NCBI GenBank assembly: GCA_951406725.2
Contig: OX597814.1
Location: forward strand, 107,756,001 to 107,820,000
Length of the DNA stretch: 64,000 nucleotides
Reading direction: 5' to 3'
Origin: Octopus vulgaris
Taxonomy: Eukaryota
Part shown: piece after piece, positions 13,417 through 26,299 of the stretch
Layout of the letters: every line of letters starts with the position of its first letter
Numbering within the stretch: position 1 is the first letter of the stretch
Notes under the pieces: model-generated
What the model saw: only the letters and a program-made list of their open reading frames with translations
What the model was told of the DNA's origin: nothing
Databases searched by the model: none
Translations under genes and position numbers: made by a program

Positions 13417-13949
13417 GGTAGATAGATAGATAGATAGACCGACAGATAGATAAATAAATGCATACGTGCAGATATGAATATAAATATGCTATCCATATGT
13501 ATGCATGTGTGTGAGCATGTATGTTAACCGTAAAAACACGTAATACACACACACACACACACACACACATACATACATACATACCTACATACATACATAC
13601 ATACATACATACATACATACATACATACACGCACACACAGGCGCGCGCACACATACTCACACACACACACACATTCACAAATGACCAAACAAAACACAAA
13701 ACAAATGAATGGAGCGTTTGAAAGGTTTGAGTGAATGAGACTTGCATGACATGAAGGGAAATGAAAGCAAAAAAAGTTTTTATGTATATAAAGACAAAGA
13801 AGTTGAGATGTGTGGTGGTGGTGGTGGTGGTTTCGGTGGTGTTGGTAGCGACGGTGGTGGAAAAAGGTGAATGAGTGGAGAAAGTGGAAGTTTGAAGAAA
13901 GAGGGAAACATGAACCAGAAGAAAAAGAGGAAAACAGTTTTAGGTATTG

Positions 13950-14140
13950 GTTTCAAAGTTTGGCATTAGGAGGGGTTAATACAATTACATTGACCCCAAT
14001 TGTTCAACTGATACTTATTTTATCGATCCGTGCAGGATGAAAGGCAAAGTTGACCTCGACGGAATTTTAGATCAGAACGTTGAGATAGATTAAATGTTCA
14101 GCAAGCAATTCGTTCGGTGTTCTTACGACGACTCCACCAC
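13950..14140 (-). mobile_element. SINE family B, decayed
   Basis: ggatgaaaggcaaagttgacctcg core shared with 21371-21599. Confidence 0.65.
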
Positions 14141-14633
14141 CCGAGGCCGCTTTAGGTATTGTAGAAACCGACTCAGAATTGTAAAAATATTTCTGATTTA
14201 ATTCTTCCTTTTATGGTAACTGTTACTACCAGGTTTACGTGTTCATTCCACGACATTGGAGGAAGTCAATAAAATCACACATAAACGCTGCCGTTTATCT
14301 GTCTGTCTATATTTCCCCCCTCCTTCTCTCGCTCTCCATAAGATTCTTTCTCTGTGTATCTCTGCTTGTTAAGAGGCCATGGCATTAACGAGGGCAAATG
14401 GTAACGAAAGAACTTTCACAAACCTATCTGACGATTAATCAAACAATCAGTTAGTTGATAGGTTAAATAATAAACCAATTGACTGATAATAAAAATAATG
14501 AAGTAAAATATGACCAATGTGTATGTTCATTGGCATAACGATCCTCCCAGATACACCGCAGTTTATGTCCTTTCATATATCTTTGCCGAGCCTCTTTCAA
14601 CTTACTTTGATATATATATGTATATATATATAT

Positions 14634-14738
14634 ATCATCATCATCATCATCATTTAACGTCCGTTTTTCATGCTAGCATGGGTTGGACGGTTCAACTGGG
14701 GTCTGGGAAGCCAGAAGGCTGCACCAGGCCCGGTCTGA

Positions 14739-14742
<4 letters not shown>
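14634..14742 (-). mobile_element. RTE 3'-end fragment with (GAT)n tail
   Basis: Matches the 46275-47203 terminus. Confidence 0.8.
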
Positions 14743-14794
<52 letters not shown>

Positions 14795-14920
14795 GTATAT
14801 ATATATAATTAATTCCCACCCCCAAAAAATGAAGAAAAGCAAAACAAGAAAAAACAATAACGTGAGGATGTGGTACATGCAAAGAATTAATAAGACGCTA
14901 GGGGATGGGAATAAAGTGTG

Positions 14921-14953
14921 TTCTACTTTTCGAGCAAAGCTCTTCTTCAGAAA
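14921..14953 (-). ncRNA. Minimal hammerhead motif in a PLE pLTR remnant (~14805-15030)
   Basis: Minus strand ttt-CTGAAGA-a-gagc(ttt)gctc-GAAA-ag-TA-gaa; same family as 63370-63560. Confidence 0.65.
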
Positions 14954-15037
14954 CAGGAGACAGGGGAAAGTCCAAGAAAAAGGAAGTCGGGGGAGAAAAA
15001 TCACCAACAATCCACATGCCATTACATTTTGGAGATA

Positions 15038-15295
15038 TTAATATTGTCTTGATAAAGATCAAAGAGGAAAAGGATCCTATCACTTTAAACGGAGTCTGAA
15101 CAAATTTCTTCAAGGAATACCAGATAAACCACCTATACCTGGATACAACTCACTCAACAAGAACTCACTACTTGAATGGCCCATAAACAAAACTTGATTT
15201 AAACAGGATTTACATAATCCTATCAGGTGGTGCTATTAAGTTAGACATGGCCTGGACCAATCTTTGGTCGAAACATATCTAAGTTTATCTAAGTA
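15038..15295 (+). mobile_element. CR1-clade LINE extreme 3' fragment
   Basis: KFLQGIPDKPPIPGYNSLNKNSLLEW and 3' UTR aggtggtgctattaagttagacatggcctgg shared with 2236-3375. Confidence 0.85.
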
Positions 15296-16050
15296 TATCT
15301 ATATATCTATACGCACACTTTTGTTTGTGATATAGGCACAAGGCCAGCAGTTTTGAGGAGAAGTTAGTTGATAGCATCGACCCCAAGATTTGACTGGTAC
15401 TTAATTTTATCGAACACGAATGGATGAATGGCAAAGTTGATTTGGGTAAGATTAGAACACCGAGTGTAATGAGCACGAGCTGGTTCCACCATGCAGTTTG
15501 TCCGACGCAGTAACGAATCTTGCAATCCTTGTTCGTCATTAAGGCACAGGGCCAGAAATGTTAGTAGATAGGATATTAGTTGATTACATAAACCTAAGGA
15601 TTTGGTGGTTTGAGAGGACCCCATGGTTCCATGGATGGCATCGTGTTCTTTGGCCTGATTTTGTGTCTATTCTTGGATACTCTTCCAAACATTAACCACT
15701 TTACAGAGTGCATTGGGGGCCTTTTATGTGGCACCAACACCAATTAGGTTGCCATGTACTTTACAAGATTACGATTCCTCTTGGCCCACCTCCCGAGAAA
15801 GGTGGTGTTATGTTAGGAGATAAGGGGGTGAAAGTATGAGAGAAAGGGCCAGAGCAGCACAGGTTTTTTGCTGCAGAGGAACATACCACAACATATATTA
15901 TTAAAATATATAGAGGACACCCTCACTTCATGTAACCACAATATAACCAACAAAACCCTGATAACAAAAAGATACCTTGGGTCGACATAATCAATTTACT
16001 CAACCCACCCACCACCAAGAAATTACTGGCCTTGTGCCAAAATTTAAAAC

Positions 16051-16090
<40 letters not shown>

Positions 16091-16130
16091 GTTATTATTA
16101 TAATTATCATTATTATTTTCATTGCCTTTG

Positions 16131-16746
16131 CACTGCTTCTAATGCGGGAGATGTACTACAGTGTCAGCTGTTCACTACCAGTGAACTAACATAACACCTC
16201 TTATTTTTCAAGCACTTTCCAGAGAATTCGAGCAGTTCCAAACAGTGCTGTTTTCTGCAAGTGTTCCACCCTTATTGCAGCCCCTATTTGTTCCACGTAC
16301 TTCTCAAGATTTTTGCTCACTGTTCCCAGGGCACCAACAATTATTGGTACTACTACCACTTTTTTCATCGACCACACCTGCTTAACTTCCCAAGCTAACC
16401 TGTCATATCTCTTGACTTTTCTTTCGTTCTTATTGCATACCTTGTTGTCAGCTGGGCATGCTATGTCTATGATCCAGCATAGTTTGTTTTCTTTCTCAAT
16501 TAAAACTATATCTGGCTTCCTATTCTCTATCTCATGGTTGCACTGAATCATAAAATCCCATAGGATCTTTGCATTTCTATTTTCGATGATGCCTTCAGGT
16601 TTATGGTCATACTAATTTTTTGCTCTGTCAAGTCCATACTTGTTGCAAAGTGTCCGATGGCCAAGCCTGGCTATATTGTCGTGGCATCTCTTATATTTCT
16701 TCTGGGCTAGTGGTGTACATTGGCTGGTAATATGCCATACAGTTTC
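16131..16746 (-). mobile_element. R4/Dong-like RLE non-LTR retrotransposon 3' fragment
   Basis: RCHDNIARL (RHD-like), RKPDIVL..IIDIACPAD, VVPIIVGALG; flanked by (ATT)n/(ATC)n. Confidence 0.85.
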
Positions 16747-16828
16747 AATCATCATCATCATCATCATCATCATTATTATTATCATTATTATTATCATCAT
16801 CATCATTGTCATTATTATTATTATTATT

Positions 16829-17386
16829 GAGTGAGAGTGCAGTGTATGCCATCAAAGTGACACTGGGGTAAAATATACAAAGCTCAGTATACCCATCATG
16901 ACTACCCGTCTGATAAGGGTACACCAGGCACATGAATCACAACCATATGTGCACAACATGGTGATCTCATATCAAGATAAACAGCACATGACCTTGCCGG
17001 TGGGGCCCAGTTAGAATTTTCTTCTGGTCGAGTAACCCATCCCGCTCAAAGGGTCCCTGAATAAGGGTTGTTTAAGGATGTTGAATGAAACACCTATGTT
17101 TCCAGAGGTGAATTATTCAAACCTCAAAGTATCCCTCTCAACACATTGCTATGATGCTCCCCCACTACTTCTGCTCGTAATCAGAGATGCACATATCGTC
17201 AGCCACTAAGGGACATGCTCAACTGGTTAAGGTCAAACAACTGACAAGCAAATCTGTGGTATTAAGCAGAATATTTGCTGTAGCCCATCTTTTATACCAA
17301 GACAAAACAATGTACATGATAACACTTCTAATCAGTTAAGATCAGGAGCCATGAGAGCCACTGCCTGGTACTGCATCAGGGTATTT
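16829..17386. mobile_element. Non-coding ~560-bp unit embedded in (TAA)n; candidate non-autonomous R4/Dong derivative
   Basis: Sharp boundaries against (ATT)n on both sides; no ORF. Confidence 0.4.
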
Positions 17387-17392
17387 ATTGCA

Positions 17393-17426
<34 letters not shown>

Positions 17427-17549
17427 TAGTTTTATTTTTATAGCGTGCTTTCACTTCTCAACCATTGCTTGGATTTTTCTTTGTCTATTTCTTTTGCATT
17501 TAGTTTAGTCCAGTATTTACCATTGTTATTATTATTATTATCATCATTG

Positions 17550-17601
<52 letters not shown>

Positions 17602-17624
17602 CATCATCATCATCATCATCATCA

Positions 17625-17691
<67 letters not shown>

Positions 17692-17693
<2 letters not shown>

Positions 17694-17909
17694 TATGTTT
17701 GACTTTTGCTTTATGTCTGTGCAAGTTGGCTCCAAGTCTCACCCAGAGACCTCAAGTGACAACAGGTTGGAAGTTCACGTTGTTGTTATGCCTAGTGTGC
17801 CATATATTTGGGGTTGTTTTTTTTGGTGTTGTACTAAAAAAAAAAAAAGTTTGTTTTAAACCTTGGGATTGCATAGAGAGTATTTTGCGCAGGATATGAG
17901 CAGTTCCCA

Positions 17910-17910
<1 letters not shown>
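17692..17910 (-). mobile_element. R4/Dong-like element extreme 3' end (another family)
   Basis: Minus strand MGTAHILRKILSMQ followed by UTR; (ATT)n on both sides. Confidence 0.75.
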
Positions 17911-17951
<41 letters not shown>

Positions 17952-17952
17952 T

Positions 17953-19498
17953 ATTCAGTAGTTTTATTTTTATAGCGTGCTTTCACTTCACTACCGAGCG
18001 CAGCTCTGTGTGCCTTGGGTATGTGCTGTGATTTGTTGTGATGCTCTGATGGTTATTGTATGGAAAGTGTTCTGCGTAGGATGTGTGCAGTGCCTAGTAG
18101 TGCAATTTTCTGTATGTTATATGTGTTTGTAAGTCCTGGTGTTTTTGTTATGTATTTGTCTGAACATTTTTTTATCATGCCTAATGCACCTACTATGATA
18201 GGAATTGTTTCTGTTTTCAGATTCCACATTCTAGTTACCTCTATTTCTAGGTCTTTGTATTTTGAGAGTTTCTCCATTTCTTTTAGAGACACGTTGTCAT
18301 CAGCCGGTATTGATACATCAATTAGAAAGCATTTTTTTCTTCATGGTCTCTGACAACTATATCTGGTCTGTTGGCCTTAATTTCTCTATCTGTGTGTATC
18401 GGCATATCCCAGAGTATGGTTGCTTTCTTGTTTTCTGTGACCTTTTCTGGTGTGTGCCTATACCATCTTTTTTCTGTTGTTATTCCATAATGTTGGCATA
18501 GCTTCCAGTGTATGTAGGTTCCAACTCTGTCATGTCTGTGAATATATTCCTTCTTAGCCAGGACTGGGCAGCCAGAGATAATATGATTTATTGTTTCTTG
18601 TCCATCTCCACATATTCTGCAGTTACTTGTAATATTTCTTTTCATTACATGTTTTTGGTAAATTCTGGTGGGGAGGCTTTGGTCTTGTGCTGCAATTAAA
18701 AATCCCTCTGTCTCTACTTTGAGTCCTGAGCTTTTCAACCATTGCTGGGATTTTTCTTTGTCTATTTCTTTTGCGTTTAGTTTAGTCCAGTATTTACCAT
18801 GAAGGGGCTTTTCTTGCCATCGTTTTATCATGGTTCGTTGCTGTTCTATTTTTAGTTTGGATTTCATTTGTTTTATAGCTTTTGTTGTTTCTTCATCTTC
18901 TTCTTCTTCTTCATGTTTATTAGGTGGTATGATTTCTTGTTTGTATTTGTCAGCTTCCTTAAATACTGAGAACAGTTTTTTGTTTTGCTCATGTTTTGCC
19001 GCTATCTGGATCAGTTTTCCTTCCTTCTGAAGTAGATATTTTTGCAGTCCTATGGTGGTTATTTTATAGTAGTTTTCCAGCTGTATAAGGCCTCTACCAC
19101 CTTCTATATGTTGTATATATAGTCTTTCTATGTCAGATTTTGGGTGATGCATCCTAGATCCTGTCATTATTTTTCTTGTTTTCCTATCTATTTTGGTCAG
19201 TTCATTTCGTGTCCAGTTAAGGATATTGTAGCTGTAACTTATAACTGGGACAGCTAAAGTGTTGATACCTATTATCTTGTTTTTAGCATTGAGCTCTTTG
19301 TTTAGTATTGATCTAACTCGTCTATAATATTCTTTTTTTATTTTCTCTTTCATTTGTGTGTGTTGTGTCTTATCTAGTTCATGGATTCCTAAGTATTTGT
19401 AAGTTTGGCTTTGGTCTAATTCTTTTATTTCATTGGTTTTATCTAGTGTGATGTTGCTACTCTTAACTAGTTTTCCTCTTTTCATGGTTACTTTGGCG

Positions 19499-19500
<2 letters not shown>
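17953..19500 (-). mobile_element. R4/Dong-like RLE non-LTR retrotransposon, 5'-truncated
   Basis: YKYLG, EGGRGL, CRICGDGQETINHIISGC (CCHC), RHD, RPDIVV..LIDVSIP endonuclease; frameshift at ~18330; (TAA)n flanks. Confidence 0.92.
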
Positions 19501-19558
<58 letters not shown>

Positions 19559-19560
19559 TA

Positions 19561-19618
<58 letters not shown>

Positions 19619-19629
19619 CATTATTCGAA

Positions 19630-19840
19630 GGCAGTGAACTTGCAGAATTGTTAGCAAGCCTGGCAAAATGTTCAGCGCCATTTCTTCCGTCCTTATGTTC
19701 TGAGTTAAAATTCTGCCAAAGTAGACTTTACCTTTCATCCTTTCTGGATTGATAAAATAAATACCAGTTGAGTACTGGGAGGTCATTGTATTCGATCACC
19801 CTCCCCCAAAATTTGTGGCTTTCTGCCAAAATTTGAAGCC
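19630..19840 (+). mobile_element. SINE family B
   Basis: tRNA-like head plus cctttcatcctttc..aaataccag core. Confidence 0.75.
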
Positions 19841-20603
19841 CATAAATAGATTTAGAGTCTTTCTTCGATTTTTTTGTTGTGTCTTTAAATATCCAGATAA
19901 TGGTCGATTGCTTTTATCAATTTGTGATTGTAGAATTCTTGTGGAGAGTTGCAGGAATCACCAGACAACATAAATATTATTTCCACTCCACTTGAACACG
20001 TGATATCTTTGTTTCCTACTGAGATCTTCAATTAGCATCGCAAAGCCAAATCTCTGGGACTATGAGTAGATTTATAGTCCTCTTGGGAGAAGAATATCGA
20101 GGTTGTTGTTGATAACTGTTGTTGCAAGACAAAAATGGTCGGCTTTAATAATATGATGCTTCCAATATCATGAATTGGTTACAAGTTGCAGCCTAACCAC
20201 ATAAAAAAAAGAGTTTGTATCTTTCAATGTCATTGATTCTGGTCGGACATTGGTTGATGGAATCAGAATAGTAATCATGTTCATAACGATGTTGGTAATT
20301 ATGATGATTAATTATAATGTCTAATTAGAATAATTTTATATGTTTCATGTTCTGGTCTTGCTTTATTAAACAAACACGATGTAAAAGAAAGAACCCCTTT
20401 AAGCAATTAGGAGACATATATAAACATACATGTATATATTGTGTGCGTGTGTGTGTGTGTGTGAATGTATTTGTGTGTGTGTATGTATATATAAATTTAA
20501 ATAATAAGGGTAAAGATTGATATTAATTAGATTGATATCAATTTAAACCAGTGGCCTAGCATATTGAAAAAATCTGAAGATTCAGAAAATTATATTACAT
20601 ACA

Positions 20604-20791
20604 TATAAGAGGAATGACCGCTAGGTGGACTCCTAATATGCTAGATGTAGATGCCATATGGTCTGACCACTAAGAAAAATTGTTCTCAAGGAATTTCGTT
20701 AAACGCCAGAATGTAAAGCGAGCATGACAAATGAAAAGATACAAAATATAATAGCATATTAGGAGTCCACCTAGTGGTCATTCCTCTTATA
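20604..20791. repeat. 40-bp inverted repeat (20604-20643 / 20752-20791)
   Basis: One mismatch between arms. Confidence 0.85.
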
Positions 20792-20839
20792 GGTGTATGT
20801 GTGTTGTGTGTGTGTGTGTGTGTGTGTGTGTATCATAAT

Positions 20840-21076
20840 CATCATCATCATCGTCATCGTTTAACATCCGCTTTCCAAGCTAGCATGGGTTGGACGGTTT
20901 GACCGGGGTCTGGGAAGCCAGGAGGCTGCACCAGACTCCAGTCTGATCTGGCAATGTTTCTACAGCTGGATGCCCTTCATGACGCCAACCACTCTGAGAG
21001 TGTAGTGGGTGCATTTTACGTGCGACCAGCACAGGGGCCAGGGGTGGCTGGCAACGGCCACGATCAGTTGGTGCTT
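20840..21076 (-). mobile_element. RTE 3'-UTR fragment
   Basis: Matches the 46275-47203 terminus; (CAT)n tail. Confidence 0.8.
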
Positions 21077-21107
<31 letters not shown>

Positions 21108-21111
21108 GTGT

Positions 21112-21330
21112 GAAGGGGCATGGCTCAATGATTAGAGCATTGAGCTTACAATCATAAGGTTGTGAGTTTGAATCCTAGACCGAGCTGCGTGTTGTGTTCT
21201 TGAGCAAGACACTTTATTTCACATTGCTCCAGTTCACTCAGCCGACAGGAGACGTCGATGTTTCCTAGGACTAAATGGCGGTGGTGCAATTCCCTTACGG
21301 GACTGTCACATTGAGTTGACAGTATACGAC
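21112..21330 (+). mobile_element. tRNA-derived SINE family D, diverged
   Basis: tggctcaatgattag A box, gagtttgaatcc B box, tgttcttgagcaagacactt. Confidence 0.65.
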
Positions 21331-21370
<40 letters not shown>

Positions 21371-21372
<2 letters not shown>

Positions 21373-21599
21373 CTTTATTGCCCACAAGGGGGCTAAACAC
21401 AGAGGAGACAAACAAGGACAGACAAAGGGATTAAGTTGATTACATTGACCCTAGTGTGTAACTGGTACTTATTTAATCGACCCTGGAAGTATGAAAGGCA
21501 ATATCAACCTCGGTGGAATGTGAACTCAGAACGTAATACCAGATGAAATACTGCTAAGCATTTCGCCCAGCGTGCTAACATTTCTGCCAGCTCACCGCC
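21371..21599 (-). mobile_element. tRNA-derived SINE family B, full length
   Basis: Minus strand ggcggtgagctggcagaa..gagttcacattcc, central domain; near-identical to 31493-31721. Confidence 0.88.
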
Positions 21600-21973
21600 A
21601 TATATATACATATATATAAATTTATAAATATATATATATGTAAATGCACGCGCGCACACACACACACATAAATATATATATAAATGGAGAGAGGGAGAGT
21701 TATAATTATGTGTGATCACATGTGGCTGATTTTATTATGATAAAATTCTGTCTTCCTGTGGCAATTATTCTAGAGTTTCTAGAACACACGCACGCTTGCA
21801 CATACAACTCACACACACACACACACGTGCGTACACGTGCGCGCACGCATACATTACACACACACACACTCGTCTTACACCCACGCGAAACCTTGAACAG
21901 ACATGTACGTACTCGCCCAAGAAGACATGTACCCCACAAAAAAAATATACAAATACATGCGTATGTGTACACA

Positions 21974-22005
<32 letters not shown>

Positions 22006-22817
22006 TGTACACACGTACACACACACACAGAGGAGCTCACATCAAAGCATGTGCAGTCACTCAACTGAAGAAGAAAGAAATGAACCGACAAATTCCACCA
22101 TATGTTTGTCTGTACAATGTATCACTACATTTGTCATCTCCTCCTCCTCCTCTCACCCTCCTCTTCCTTCTCACCCCCCCCCCTCCTTCTCCTCTTCACA
22201 CCCCTATCTTCCTCCTCTCCATCCTTCTCTGCTTCTTGGCTTTTTTTTCTTCTCCTTTTCTTCGATTTCTCCTCCTTTTCCTCACCTCCCATTCTCCTCC
22301 CTCTTTCCCTCCTCCTCCTCATCCTTTCCTCTTTTGCCTCCCCCTCCATATCCTCTCCTTATCCTCCCGTCCTTATCTCCTCTTCTCCTCCCGCTCTCTT
22401 CTTGTATAATGCAAAAAACACTCAAATCTTCCAGAGTACAATTCCGTCAATCCACCAAGCACACACAACATCTGGGTAATGCTGGATTATCCCATATGCC
22501 GGTGTATTGAAATTTAGTCTTCACCATCTCCTTGCAAAACCTTTACCCTTAAGAATACACAATTACATCACTAAGAAAGGGCCGTAAACCTATCTTCAAA
22601 GCCCTAAGCTTTTTGATTTCTCTGTCAAATTGAAAGCTTATTGATTCGCATTGTTAGAATAAGTACCAGACCTTAAAATGAGTGCTGGATTCAATTTGAT
22701 CGACTAAAACTCATTAATGTACTGCCCCGGCATAATTTTAGGTCAGTTACTGGAACAAATTCCACTCACACACACATATACACATGCGGACGCATGTGTA
22801 TGTGTACTTTTTTTTTT

Positions 22818-23013
22818 TTGTGGGGTAACAAGGCAACCGTTAGCTTCAGGCCAAGAATTCTCAACAATTATCAAACCTGCCACATGAGACGTTGGTACCC
22901 GTCTCAATCTTGATATTGTCATCCAAGATTAAGTCCCAATGTCCTCTGTGGCAGGTTAGATAATTGCAGAGAATTCCCAGCATGAAACTAACAGTTGCCT
23001 TGTTAACCCACAA
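22818..23013. mobile_element. MITE-like element with ~46-bp TIRs
   Basis: ttgtggggtaacaaggcaaccgttagcttcagg..gaattctc versus the reverse complement at 22969-23013. Confidence 0.65.
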
Positions 23014-23571
23014 ATAAATAATATTTATCCAACAATGTGGTGTTAAGCACTCATTCTCACTGTTTGATCTCAGTGTATACATACATACATACATACACAC
23101 ACACTCACACATACATGCATACATACATACATACACCTCCCCCCACACACACATGCACACACACATATAAACAAAACTGAACACACATATAAAAGACATG
23201 TGTGTTGTTAGTTTGTGGCTTGGCTGTGGTTTTTAGGCGTAAGAGAATATATTCTCTGTGTGCCAGGTGTAAATAAAACACCTGAAAATACATCATAGTC
23301 AAGCAAGACAACTCACATCAGGTCCCTTCTGGGAATGACGGACACCTGTGTTTCATCATTGTTGTAACTTATCAATGTTGCAAGCCATATTGCCGACTAC
23401 AACTGTATGCTAAACACCATCTGCTGGCATGCCCCAGCGTTTCATGCCATGGGAAAAATTCAACTTTGAATTAGAAGCAGCTCAAAGTATATAAACAAAA
23501 TTGGACACACAGACACAAGGAATGTGTGTTGTTTGTTAGTTCATGGGTTAGCTTTGGTTTTTAGGCGTAAG

Positions 23572-24173
23572 CAGGGCCGTCGCTAAGCCCCTGCAACCCC
23601 TGCAGTCATTGGGGGCCTCCGCAGTTGAGGGTCCCATGTTAAGATCAAAGTACGTAGATGAGTCATCTATTTTCTTTGGTTAAGATGCTGAACAAGAATT
23701 AAACTAGGCTAACTGAAAATTTCAAGAAATAAAATGGTAATACATTGTACCTGTTAAAGTTTTTGCAAAAATATAACATTGTACCACGAATGTGTACCAG
23801 ACTTTGTGGATTGTCTATGATATCAATTGAACACAAACTTAGCTCTCAGCTTGATTATTCTGAACTGATTGATGATTTCCCGAAGCAAAAAGTGAACCGT
23901 GTTTGTCTTTGAAAGTTGCTTGGATTATAAAAGTGCTCTTTTATTCATATCTGGAAGTTTTAATTATTGAAATTTGTAATAGTTCTAAATAAATTTAACT
24001 TGTATTTTTAAAGATGTTCTTTAGGATAACATGAAATATTGAACTTCAGATAGAATAAAGTAAAATATAGCTATGAATAAAAGGTGTGTAGATTATGAAT
24101 TTTGATTGACGGGATGGTGCCTTGAAACGGAAAGTTGCAGGGGCCTCTCTCTAAAAGTCATGCGACGGAGCTA
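23572..24173 (+). mobile_element. hAT (Tip100/ZMYM-like) internally deleted transposon
   Basis: TIR cagggccgtcgc/gcgacggagcta; 8-bp TSD ggcgtaag/ggcataag; 23799-23912 encodes RLCGLSMISIEHKLSSQLDYSELIDDFPKQK (hAT dimerisation domain end). Confidence 0.88.
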
Positions 24174-24662
24174 GGCATAAGGGAATATATTTTCTGTGTG
24201 AGTTGTCTCGCTTGACAATGACTTACATTCGGGTGTTTTTTACACGAGGCACATAGAGAATATATTCTCAGTCCCACTGTGTGGTATCTTCGGCAAAGTA
24301 TCTCCTGGGACTGATCAAAGCCTTGTGAGTGGATTTGGTGGACGAAACCAGTCGTATATATGCGTCTGTGTGTGTGTTTGTGTTGTGTTTTTCCACCACC
24401 CCCACTCGACCGCTGCTTTATGTCCCTTTAGCCTAGTGGTTCAGCAAAAATGACTTTAAGAAATAAGTCTTGGGGTCATTTCGCTCGACTAAAATGTTTC
24501 AATGCGATGCCCCAGCATGGGCGCAGTCTAATGACTGAAACAAGTAAAAGATGAAAGATACACACACATAAATATATATACATACATATATACATCCACA
24601 CATACATGCATCCATCCATACATACATGCACACACACACACATGCATACCTACATACATACA

Positions 24663-24715
<53 letters not shown>

Positions 24716-24924
24716 GAAAGGAGGATAATAAATTAAAAAGCTAAACAGAACCTGTAACAGTGCAGAGAAGAAAGTTGAAATTTTTTGTGTATTTCATGTA
24801 AAAGCACATCTTTAGAATTGTGTGTGTGTGTGCGCGTGTATGTGTGCATATGTGTGTGTGTGTGTGTGTGTATGTGTGTGTTCATATATATATGTATATA
24901 AATTTTTTTTCTAAAAGTAGACAA

Positions 24925-25405
24925 ACACAGGTATGGCTGCATGGTAATAAGTCTGCTTTCCAACCACATAGTTCCAAGTTCCATCCCACTGTACGTATGG
25001 CCCTGGGACGACCAAAACTTTGTGAGTGGATTTGATAAACTGAAACTAAAAAAAATCCATTGTATGTGTGCGTGTGTATTTGTGCGCGTGTGCGTGTGTA
25101 TGTGTGCGCGTGTGCGTGTGTATGTGTGCGCGTGTGCGTGTGTATGTGTGCGCGTGAGTGTGCATGTGTGTGTGAGCGTATCTTTGTGTTTGTGCTTGTC
25201 CCCACCACCACCACCACCACCACCACCACTTGACAATTGATGCTGGTTTGTTTACATCCCCGTAATCAGTGGTTGTTCAGCCAAAGAAATTGATGGACTT
25301 AGCACCAAGCTTGAAAAAATATGTTTTCGGGTCGATTCTTTCAACTAAAAGCCTTTCCAGACTGAACCTCCAGCATGGCCACAGTCCCATGACTGAGACA
25401 AGTAA
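24925..25405 (+). mobile_element. SINE family A with expanded internal microsatellite
   Basis: Similarity to 10976-11378. Confidence 0.8.
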
Positions 25406-25750
25406 AAAAAAAAACAAACAAACAAAGAAGCAATACTACAAACGTTGGAATCAGAAGAACAAAGGCGACATCGGGATCAGAAGCAGCTTAATGATGGCAG
25501 CTGTTATATCATACCTGCTATGTGTTCATTCTACTGGCAGAAATTGTGATCAATGCTTCTTACCAAATAAATGCTTTTAAAATAACAATTCTGAAATATA
25601 ATCACAGTTTTGTTCGGTTTAGTGGAAAGAAACACTTAGAAAAATTTTGAATGAAACATCTTAGGTTAAAGCGTCCATGTTGGTTTTTGTGTTTGTCAAT
25701 GTCTATAGTTTTACTAAAAGCTCATATATATGTCAGTAAATTAGTACATT

Positions 25751-26011
25751 GTTGAGGCGCGTGGCTTAGTGGTTAGGGTGTCAGCATCATGATAGTAAGA
25801 TTGTGGTTTCAATTCCTTGACTGGGCAACGCGTTGTGTTCTTGAGCAAAACACTTGATTTCATGTTGCTCCAGTCCACTCAGCTGGCAAAAATGAGTAAC
25901 ACTGCGATGGACTGGCATCCCATCAAGCTGGGGAACACATACGCCATTGAAACCGAGAAACTGGGCCCATGAGCCTAGCTAGGCTTTAAAAGTGCACGTT
26001 TTTTTTTTTTT
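25751..26011 (+). mobile_element. tRNA-derived SINE family D with 12-bp TSD
   Basis: gtggcttagtggttagg A box; TSD aattagtacatt at 25739-25750 and 26012-26023. Confidence 0.85.
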
Positions 26012-26024
26012 AATTAGTACATTA

Positions 26025-26268
26025 AACTGGCACTCCATTGGTTACAACAATGAGTGTTTCAGTTTATCCGGTCAATGGAACACGCTGCTCATGAAATTAA
26101 CGTGCAAGTGACTGGGTGCTCCACAGGGTCACATACCTCAATGTGGTTCTCAGGGGGATTCAGCGTGACACAGAAAATGATAAGGCTAGCCCCTTTGAAA
26201 TACAGGTACTACTCATTTTTGCCAGCCAAATGGACTGGTGTGACATGAAGTAAGCCACGTGCCTTCAC
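26025..26268 (-). mobile_element. SINE family D relative with deleted head and TSD
   Basis: 3' part matches the reverse complement of 53000-53140; TSD attagtacatta at 26013-26024 and 26269-26280. Confidence 0.8.
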
Positions 26269-26299
26269 ATTAGTACATTATATGTTTGTTATAATACTT

